Shown here piece by piece: positions 53,680-64,000 of a DNA stretch of 64,000 bases. The notes beneath the pieces were generated by a model. It did not search any database. It worked only from the letters and a program-made list of their open reading frames with translations, and was not told the origin of the DNA. A program made the position numbers and the translations under genes. Numbering within the stretch: position 1 is the first letter of the stretch; every line of letters begins with the position of its first letter. Source of the DNA: the human T2T-CHM13v2.0 reference genome, Homo sapiens. The stretch is from the NCBI RefSeq assembly GCF_009914755.1, contig NC_060932.1; one strand, written 5' to 3'.

Positions 53680-54650
53680 TCTATATTTATATCTCATTTC
53701 AGACTTAGATAAGCATATAATTGATAAGTATTAATATTTAAATGCTGAATAGTATTTAAGATAAATTACAATATTAACATGTGCTAAACTATACTTCTGT
53801 TAATCAAAACGCCATGCTGCAATCTTCTACATATTAATAGATAGCAATTCCAGTTTTACAGTTACTAAAACTAAAAACATGGATGCTATTTTTAATCTTA
53901 CATTTCTTTCCCTTAAATCTACATCTGATCATTAGCAATTTCTTTTAGGCCAATCTTAAAACCACAGGTGCAATCTGACCTCTTTTTACCATCTCCCTCA
54001 TTCAAGCCAACACTTGCTACTTGCTCTTGTCTGGACTATTGCAGTAGCCTCAACTGTTCTCTCTGCTTTTGAGTTTGACTTTCTTCAGTCTGTTTTTACT
54101 AAAAGAACAGAGTAGTCCTGTTAATACACAGGACAGAACATTTCATTCATCTTTTCAACAGCTTCCAGTGGTTTTCCATCTCAGCAGTGTAAACAAGTTT
54201 TCTTTCTGTTCCTAACTAGCCAGACATGCTCCCACCTCAGGAAATTTCCATGTGTTACTGTCTCTGCCTAGGACATTCTTCCCACCAATATTATTTGCTC
54301 CTTTTCCACCTTCAGTACATATTATATATGTACTGAATATATAACTTCTCAGTACATTATTTCCCTAGGCTTATTATCTAGACTGAAAACCCCTGCCTGC
54401 ACAGGGCCCAGCTCCCTTCCTATCTTTTTTTTTTCTCTCTGAGCATTTATTATCATTCATTTATATACAACATATTTATTCATTTGTAAAAATTTTGTAT
54501 GCTATACTTATTCAGCTTGTTTCTGGCACATCTTACTAGAATGGCAGCTCAATTAAGGCAGGAGTTTCCTGTTTTGTTTTCTGTTGTGACCCTAACACTT
54601 AAAACAGTGCCTGTGCTCAATAAATATTTGTACAATGAATAAATAAATGT
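53680..54650 (+). mobile_element. L2a-like 3' fragment
   Basis: TCTGGACTATTGCAGTAGCCTC, CTCCCACCTCAGG, ends GTGCTCAATAAATATTTG...AATGAATAAATAAATG. Confidence 0.8.
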
Positions 54651-56577
54651 GATCATATATATGTATATGTATATATATTTGCACCTATTTTATTAAATCA
54701 AATGTCACAGTTACATTATTACAGTTATTTAAATATGACATATAATATCATAGGTGGGACTCTATTTTGTTAGTTTGTCCTATAAATTATTTATTGCAAA
54801 ATGTTTGCCTATTATTTAATTGCAATTTTTCTTAATTATGTAATACATTTTTCATGTTTAATTTTCTGTACTCCTATCACTAATTCAAATCAAAACACTA
54901 TTTTATTAAACTGTCTGAAGAAATATGCACTGAACTATTGCATAGGTAATTCATAGCTCTTCCAAGGACCCACAGGTTTTGAAAAACAGAACTGTGTTTT
55001 ATGCTGAAATCATAAATTCTCTTTCCAGGCATAATAATTTTCATACTGAAATGGTGAATTGTCTTTCCAGGTATACCAATTTACTATGCCTAATCCCAAA
55101 GACTCATAGTAAGTCGCTTTAATTATGGTTGTTGTATATCATTTCTAGGTAAGAAAACGTTATGTAAAAGTTGCCAAAGGCTTGAGAAAAAATGGCCACA
55201 GATCAACTTAAACAACTATTATTCTGATTCATTTTTCAAATACCTAAATAATACTATTACATTTTCAGAGAAAAGTCTAAACTCCTTAGCACAAGTTTCA
55301 ATGTTCTATGCAATATCAGTTAAGCAAGACTTCTCCACCTTTGTTTTGTAATCCCCTCTATTTCTTCACTCAATTTGCCCCTCACTACAGCTGATTTTGC
55401 CAATTTTCTGCTGGCATGCAACCTTGCAGAGATGTGGCGATTTTCTGCAGCTTCATTCCATGTAGTCAAAAGGCCACTGAAAGAAGTAGCTTCCTAATAT
55501 TCAGATCACAGCCAATTCAGTTTGGCAAGAGACGGTTTATTTATTTTTAAATATTTCTTAGTATTCAATGAAATGTTTTATATTTAGTAGTTAAAAATAC
55601 ATACAGAATTTAAAACATTTTCTAAAACTGATATCCCCTTCTTTTATTTGTAGACCTAAAACTAAATGAATAAAAAACATTCAGGTCAAAAATATGACTC
55701 TCATTTTTAAAAATACTACTTCATGTTGTTTATGGTGCTATAGACTTACACTCTTTTATAACTGAAAGAAATATTAATGACAATTATAAAATCAGCCATT
55801 GAAAGGATTTTAAGAAAAACAACTATTGCAACTGCCATAATTTGGTGGTATTGGAAGGCAGCAGAGGTATAATACAGCTGATGATTGGCGGGGTTAACTG
55901 GCAGCTCCAAGCCAGGCATTCCATCATGTCAGAGCCCAGCAGGAAACATGCAACAAAATCAACAATCACTTTTATATGTACAGTTCTTTATCATTCAAAT
56001 GCCTCTCTCAAAGTACTTTACAAGACTGTACAATGACTGCAAGAAATAGCGACATGAAGCAAGCAACTGAAAGCTAAATAGAGGGAAAAAGTGATCCTTA
56101 TGTATTTGATTGGCGAGAACAGAACATCTTTGGGCATTTTGATTTGGATGAAAAGATGTTAAATAGTCAAGACATGAGGCCCCATTGGGGGATGTTTGTT
56201 CAATGGTCATTTCGGTAGAACTATGCAAATAACACCAAGAGAGTCTTAGGTTTAGCAGATATAATTCACAGAAGAAATTTCAACACATTATTTTTTAAGT
56301 TTGCAGACAAGGTAGAAAGTGAATCACCTAGAAATTTTTATGACCACTTTAAATTTATTCTGGAACAAGAAACTGGAGTGTATGAGGATAGGAGCAACCA
56401 AATAGGCAAACAAACAAAATGCTCTTTATGCCTTTATTTGCACTGTATTGATAAAAACAAGGTGCTTAAAAAGCATCTATTAAAATAAGTTATCTCCCTA
56501 TATAGTATGTAGTAATTGTACATTTTATTGGTGATAATAAAATGCTCTGCTTTCACTGTTTTGTAACTTGCTTTAGT

Positions 56578-56835
56578 GTAAGATTTCTCAATATAAACAT
56601 TATTGTCATTTTAAGGCAAATGATTTCTGGGGTGAGTGGTGAGGGGCTCCCTGGTGCACTGTAAGTTGTTTAGCATCTTCTCTGGTCTCTTTCCACTAGT
56701 TGCAGTCGTAACTTCTAAGTCGTGATAGCTAAGCATGTCCCCAGATATTGCCAAATGTCGTTTTCATTCGTTTGTGTGTTTTTCTTTTGGGGGATCGAAA
56801 GAGCCAAATAATCCTCTGTTTTGAGGACCAGTGCT
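56578..56835. mobile_element. MER20 (hAT-Charlie)
   Basis: TTTCTCAA...GTGCACTGTAAGTTGTTTAGCATC...CCAGATATTGCCAAATGTC...TTGAGGACCAGTG. Confidence 0.8.
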
Positions 56836-56939
56836 ACAGTATGACAGAACATTAGTTTTGCTGAACTACTTCTGCCTCCACCTGTGAGTTGCTGCTGACT
56901 TTACTAAGTCTTTAATGTCGTCAATTCTACCATCACATT

Positions 56940-57105
56940 TAATTTATCACACTCTATTGTAATAGCCAACTTCTTCATGTGCTGACTCATCTGGACCTAA
57001 GGACTGTGAAAGCAGAATTCTTGACTCCATTGTTGATCATGGTTTCCCTGAAAGAAGCACAGAGCTTGGCATATAGCACTAATAAATATATGTCTATTGA
57101 ATAAA
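56940..57105 (+). mobile_element. L2 3' tail
   Basis: GCACAGAGCTTGGCATATAGCACTAATAAATAT...TTGAATAAA. Confidence 0.55.
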
Positions 57106-58225
57106 TTACCTTCTTCATATTATAAGTTCATGTACAAAAACACAGAAAACAGCATGGACAAAAGAGTCTGTAAATTCAGAATATGTTTGCTTTATAGACG
57201 AATAGCTTAAGGCTCTGAAAGCGACACAGAGACTGAAAGGTAATGCATGGTTATGTAAAGGCTGAGTCTAATGACTAAATTTATCATTTTTGGTTCCTAA
57301 GCATAAACATATTATCCTCCTGAGGCAAGAAAGTATTAACCCGGGCCTCCAAAATTAAATAATTTCAATAAAGATAGATTGGTCATACTCATGCTATTAG
57401 AGAATGTAGTACACTGTTATGGATGTATTAACCTGTTTTATAGAAACTTGCATCGTCACTATGGGGCCATCTAGATCATTTTATCGAGATTATAAAACAG
57501 AGTCCAGAGGGAAGTATTCTAAGTTTAATATAAACTTGCAACTAAAAATTTATAGAACTATATGTCTTCTGTGAGGTCTTAATTGCTTTGGGTCGTTTGG
57601 GGAATGAGAAAAAAATGAATGAGTACGCATTTTCTCTTATACAAATGTAAAAATACAGGACACAATAAAATGCCTTGTTATGAAATTGTACTTCCTGTAC
57701 AAAAGTTTGCACCTATGAGCTCCTTAATTTTCTATAGACCTATTTTCCTTTTCTTGGTTGAATAAAATCATAATGATAAAGAAAGGAATTTTTCGGTCTT
57801 TTGATGATAACTAAAAAAAAGATTTCTCTTGCACTATGTATACTCTCATAGATTACCTTTCTCATTCTAGCTAATCTTTAGGCAAGTGTTTTTATCCAAT
57901 TTATTTTTCTCTTCCTTTTCCAGTTTTTCTGGGGGAATGTGTGGCTAACCATAGCATTAAAACAATATATGTTGTCCTATAATATTTGTGGGCTATATCT
58001 TAATATTTTCATTTCTCTTACATTTAGAGTTTCCAGAAACAATTGAAAAACTGTCTTAGGATGGCTAAAATAATTGAACACATTTTTAAAAAAAATTTGT
58101 TATTCAATAATTCACTGATTTTTGTCTTTTAATCTCATTCAGTTATAGTTATGTCCAACAATCCTTTTCATATCTTATACCATTTCATAGGTAAGAATAC
58201 TTCCCACTTATTCAAGAAAAATCAC

Positions 58226-58261
58226 TGTGTGTGTATGTGTGTGTGTGTGTGTGTTTGTGTG
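58226..58261. repeat. (TG)n microsatellite
   Basis: Seen directly. Confidence 0.9.
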
Positions 58262-60559
58262 CATTTGCTTCCTCAATAAATAATTTGTGAACACTTATGG
58301 TGTCATATTGTCTGTATGAAATATATTAAATACAATTTTGTTCCTCTAGATACTCATATCTATTAGTTTAATCAAATAATAAAAGTATATATGTAGCAAC
58401 TTATATTTTATTAAAAATCCAAATGTGCTAAATAGTTCTCTTTACATTTGATATATGATAACAAACCTGGCACATATTATAGCCAATGCAGCCTTACCTT
58501 TATCTTACTTTAACAGGCTAGACTTACTTATAATGACCATCCATCATTTTTCTTAGTCCAGTATGAAAGTCTTAGCCAATTTGGTCTATAATGGACTACT
58601 GTAACTTCATAAGAGCAGCAAATAAATGCCAGTAGCTGGCCTATCATCTACAGCTAATATATTATCTAATACTCCTCCCACCCATACAGGTCTATAAAGA
58701 ATGAAGTGAGGTTAGGAATTGTTAATCATGTAGAAAATGTAATGTCTATTTATTTATTTATTTGCATGTTTTTTCTAAGTACATTGTGTATGCCAAACAG
58801 ATACAGTAATGTTATATAGTTAAAGTAACTAGAATACACACTGGATGAGATTCTTTCTTGTCCGACTCTACCATTGCTAACTAGTGTAAACTCAATTGTC
58901 TTTGAACAGCAATGTTTCAGTGAAGGGCTGGGTGGCAGACCTAAGCAAATAAGAGCATGTCACTTTCATATCATCAGTGATTGGTTCATCATGGTCCAAT
59001 ATAATAAGCTCAGGACTTTTGCTCAATTATTGTGTGAAGCAGGTATTCCCCACTCCTGATGTGAGAGAGGAAGCTTGTAACTTTGGATAAATGTAATACT
59101 TCAGCCTGAATATAAATCTTGCACCTGGATGAGCGCAGGATCATAAAAACTACAGAGAAATAAACTCAAAGGCCACATCAACCTGCATCTAAAATTTACT
59201 CTTTATCTGCCTTTTCATTTTGTAAACCCAAAATTCTCCTTTATTATTTAAGTTGAAATTGGGTTATTTCCAAAAAAATAGCCACAAAGCTGACTTATTG
59301 CAGTTATTTAAGCAACGTCAATATAGATCATGAGTTCATGGACAAGATAGGCCTATAATTCAAAATTTCATTTGGAGATTTAAAATATTTGCACCAGGTT
59401 TCTGCATGTATAATAGTCAAATCTTTAGTTTATGAGTAAATGCAGATATAGATATTATCTTAGCTCAAATGTTTTTAATCAAACAGACTTTTAGTAAATG
59501 CACTGAAGAAAGAAACTGCACTTCACAGAACATTCTTAAAGTGATGGGATTCCATTGGAAAGCCTATAAATATTTAGGTAACACATGGTGCATATATACA
59601 TCAGACAGGAATTAAAAGCCTGAGGAAGCCATGAAACTGTGTGGTGTCTCCATGTAACTTGGATCTAACATAATAATGTCAGTGATTTTGGGTATCCATA
59701 GAGTTATTCTTTTTATACAAATTTGACTCCCCAGTAGAATTTGCCTGCTGAGGCTTATAAGACCTCAACAGTTATCAATTTTAGTTCCCAAGTTTTTATG
59801 GATAACCCACTATGGACCGAGTTCTAACTGAAGAGTAATTTGAAGAGCATGTTGGTCCAATGAAAATTACCATAGCTATAAGTAAATAACAGATATGATA
59901 AGATCAAAATGTCTCAGACAAGATATCTAGCTAACAAAGACTCCTGCCCTTGAATTCAAACTCAGAGATGCACAGATGGAAAATGTGGTTCTATGGGTCC
60001 CAGAATCGAACTCAGAAAAGCTGAAAAACCTTGGGAAGCAAAAAAGCAACTGAATCCTGCTACACAATAAATAAGGAACCCTAAGTGGGCTTCACCAGGG
60101 GTATAGATAACAGATGCATTTTGGAAAAGAGCTTTCCCTGCACTTTCTTGGATTCATCCTGGACAGTTCAGTTGTCTCTCTCTTCCACATCTGAAAGTAA
60201 TAAGGCCAGAGTGGCATGGTGCGGTATCTTTAGGTTAGCGCTGGGGCCAGAATCAAACATTAAGTTCACAAAGCCCTGTTCATCTTTAATCATTTTCTCT
60301 TCTTCTACTTCTTCTCAGGCCAAGTCTAGGCAATTAAAAGAGAGTGTGACAACCATTTGAGAAGTACGGAAACAGCAGCAGAATTAATGAGTGGATTCCT
60401 GAAGAACAGGCAGAGAAATAGCATGAACTAGAAGGAGTTGACTCCAGATAACTGTGATTGTGGCTTTTCACACCAAAATGATATCTGCTAGCACAATGAA
60501 AAGCTTTAAAAAGGGACTAGAGAACTTTCTATGAAGGGAAAGTAAAAATCATGCCAAGC

Positions 60560-61150
60560 AATAGGAAGCACTGGTGAGGAGATGGGGAAATGAGAAAACT
60601 CATGCATTCCTGGTAGCATTGTGAACTAATGGAGGTCTTTTGTAGAAGAATCTGGAAGTAATTGGTGAAATTTAGGATATGTATACCTAATGGAATAACA
60701 TCTGACTCATGGATTAGTTTTCAAACAGCTTATGATGAACTAATTTATAGGTGTTGATTTTATTATATGTTTTCTAGCAGCAGAAAATTAGAAGTAACCT
60801 AGAAGTCCATAACTAGGAAAATGAAGGAATGAAATAATGTACACATAAATGTATATTTATGCACACATAGTAATATACACACATAGAGTATCAATTTATA
60901 CAGTAAAAAGTAATGTATAGAATTATATATGGGACTAACTGAAGTATCTTAAAAAGTTACTTGAAAAGAACAAAGTAAAATTCAAGAGATGTATAGCACA
61001 ATACTATTTATAAAAATTACAAACATGCAAATGTTTTACTGTGTATTTTAAAGTAATATAGTGAAGTTGAATTGGCAAGTTTAACATTATTTTTACTAAA
61101 ATGGATATTATGAGTAGAAAAAAAGAATAAAAGTTGGAACGGATGGGTAA
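60560..61150 (+). mobile_element. Ancient L1ME-type 3' remnant
   Basis: CTGGTGAGGAGATGGGGAAATGAGAAAACTCATGCATTCCTGGTAG and TTAGAAGTAACCTAGAAGTCCAT resemble a degraded ORF2 end. Confidence 0.6.
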
Positions 61151-61469
61151 TGGTGAAGACAATAAAATACCAAGTGTCAAATATAATCACACTGATTGTA
61201 TATGCATAATCCCAAAGACTAAACTAAAATTAATACCAAAACCAAAGCCAAAGTTAAAGGCAAAGCCCAAGAGCTGAAGAACTCAGGAAAAAAAGAGAAT
61301 AATTAACTAAATCCATAGGCCTAGATAATTATTTAATTATTCTGTAATATTCTTTTGAATAACTAGGAAAAGTCCATATAGTTTTAATAAAAAAGACAAA
61401 TATTACGTGCTAAGAGAAGGGGTCACAGAGAATAAGATCACCCGAAATTAGCTAAATGTTTAGTGAGTG

Positions 61470-62230
61470 CAATACTACAATGCATTTCTGATGCTAACTA
61501 TTGAATACCTAGAGTTAGCACAGACTTCACAGGGTTAAGAACAGAGTTCTCATCAAAACTGCTGCACAACAACCACAAGTTCAGGGTTTCCCAGGCCATT
61601 TGCACTTCTGATGAACTGGCTACAAATTCAAGGATTCCGTGACCCCTTGAGGTTTGATAATGCGCTGAAATGACTGACAGAACTCAGGAAAGCAATGTAC
61701 TTACAATTATAATTTTATCATAAAGGATACAAAGCAGGACCAGCCAAATGAAGAGATGCATGAGACACATAGGGCAAGATGTGAAAGGGTCACAGACATG
61801 GGGCATCCATGCCCTTTACCCATAGAGTCAGGACGTATCACCCACCCTTCAAACCAATATTGAGTTCATCAACCAGGAATCTTACCCAACCCTCGGTGTC
61901 CAGAGTTTTAGTAGAGTTTCATTACATAGGCATGATTAATTGAATCATTAGTCATATTATCGAAATCTCCAGCCTCACTCCCTTCCCGAAAGGTCAAGAG
62001 GTTGGACTAACATAATTTGGCTTAAATCATTAACCATTTAATCATATGGTTCATCTTTCCGTTGTGACCAGCCCCCATTCCAAGTCATCTTGTTGGCACA
62101 AACTCAGGGATGCTGCAGGGCCTGCTTTGGAATATCAAAGACACTTGTATCACTTAGGACATTATAAGGTTTTAAAAGGGTCTCTTTAGAAACCAGGAAT
62201 AAAATAAAACAGATTCTTTATTATATAACA
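61470..62230. mobile_element. MER21-type LTR
   Basis: CACTTCTGATGAACTGGCTACAAATTC, ACAGAACTCAGGAAAGC, TAAAGGATACAA...CAGCCAAATGAAGAGATGCAT, TTCATTACATAGGCATGATT. Confidence 0.8.
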
Positions 62231-62588
62231 GTGAAATAGTAGGGGAGCAAGAAGAGATGAGAAAGGAAAGAGTCTCTGTGCTATGTTCTCATTTCATTTC
62301 ACAGTATTTAAAAATGCAGCATCCTATATGGCAAGTTCAGATACTTGAAATTATGCTGTAGATAATAGGCAGCTGATAGTAGTTTCTAAGTAGAATAGTC
62401 ATATGATTAGTATATGTCTTCAGGAGGATATTGGGTAAGAGTCTGGAAGTTGGATTAGATAGGGAGATTAGTGACATATCTTCAAGTTAGTAGAATATCA
62501 TCAGAATTAAGGTGAGATAAAAAAGACACTATCAAGGGTCATCAAAAGAAGAGGCTAAATAACAGGGACATTTAAGATATAGAATTAG

Positions 62589-62918
<330 letters not shown>

Positions 62919-64000
62919 TTAAGGATGCTTCTGAGCTTTCTAGCTTGAGAACAGTTTGATCTTACATCAATGTGTAGGTTTGTGCTGAAAATAATTTATG
63001 CATAGGCCAGAGAAAAATATTTATTTTATAAGTATTTGGAAAAAAGTTAAACGTGCTGCATTACTGATTTTGAAAATAGATGTTTGAGTTTAACCTGACA
63101 AAAAGGGTTATACATTTGCCCTTTTTGTATGTACATTACACATACATGACAGTACACGTGACAATGAGTTTCATTTCCTATCTGCATGATCAGGACACTG
63201 CAGCAGGAGCCTCCTTTTGGCATTTATGTATTATGTTCTGAAAGTTTTAAGTTCTCACTATTTCTAGGCTCTGTAGAGTGACAGGCTTTAAGGGTGAAAG
63301 AAAATTATATGCCAAATACAAGGGATCAATGGAAACATGATACAATCTTTATTTGAGCAGGACTGTAACATTATTTTTAGTTGTTTGTAGACAGGAAAGT
63401 GTTCCATAGGAAAGGTAATGGTGTTGCCCCTTAGAATTCTTTGAACAATAGCACCAACACTGCCTTGCAGAAGACGTAAAGATGGAAATTCTCCCTCAAG
63501 AGGCCAATCTAGGATTGGAATTGTTTTTGAGGAAACATTTGAGCCTTGTTTTCTATTTCAAAACTGTTAGGAACACAAATAACACCTTTAGCATATAACA
63601 GCTGTGAACCTCCATGCTGAGAATGAATGCATTATGCAGCTTCAAGAGTGTAAATATATGTTTATCAGGGATCAGTCCAAAACTGAGAATGTGCTAAGCT
63701 CCAGACAGCTGGCAAGAGCCCTGGGACAAAGGTTAAGATTTCCTTTAAAAATAAACTGATAGAAAATTGGTGGTGATGGTGGGTTTACCTAGCATTATAT
63801 GCTTAAAAATATGCTGGCACCCTTACCAGCTAATGACACAAATGTAAGTGCAAATGAAATCAATGCTCTGTGCTTATTTTATTTCACAATAACTGAACTT
63901 CATGTAAGTAAAATACAAGAGAGTATATACGAGTAGCATTTTAACTCAAAAATCAATAATTTAAAAAATCATTTCTATAGAAAATGTCTTTATACCACAG

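Noticed and set aside
58860-59170. Minus-strand acceptor TTTCTCTGTAG followed by an exon-like stretch
   Set aside because: All three frames close within about 45 codons, there is no recognisable protein, and no clear donor.

Overview
This is AT-rich, CpG-depleted primate genomic DNA (Alu, L1PA, HERV-H, THE1/MST; most likely human or great ape), apparently intronic or intergenic. No host protein-coding gene, RNA gene or CRISPR array can be supported; the longer ORFs in the track derive from transposable elements or low-complexity DNA. The centrepiece is a three-level nested insertion at about 26.56-36.2 kb. An old L1 (L1PA15/16-like) has its 5'UTR interrupted by a two-LTR HERV-H provirus (27404-34356; LTR7C-like LTRs about 12% diverged; a tRNA-Phe-like rather than tRNA-His primer binding site). 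That provirus carries an antisense LTR10 solo LTR with four AP-1 sites inside gag. Other elements: a young 5'-truncated L1PA2-like copy with an uninterrupted ORF2 remnant and TSD, a twin-primed L1, internally deleted Tigger1, MER44, MER33, MER20, LTR47-like, THE1, MSTA, MER21, about ten Alus, L2/MIR relics, local tandem or fold-back duplications, and a few weak candidate exons and enhancers. Subfamily names come from recalled consensus sequences and need RepeatMasker/Dfam confirmation.
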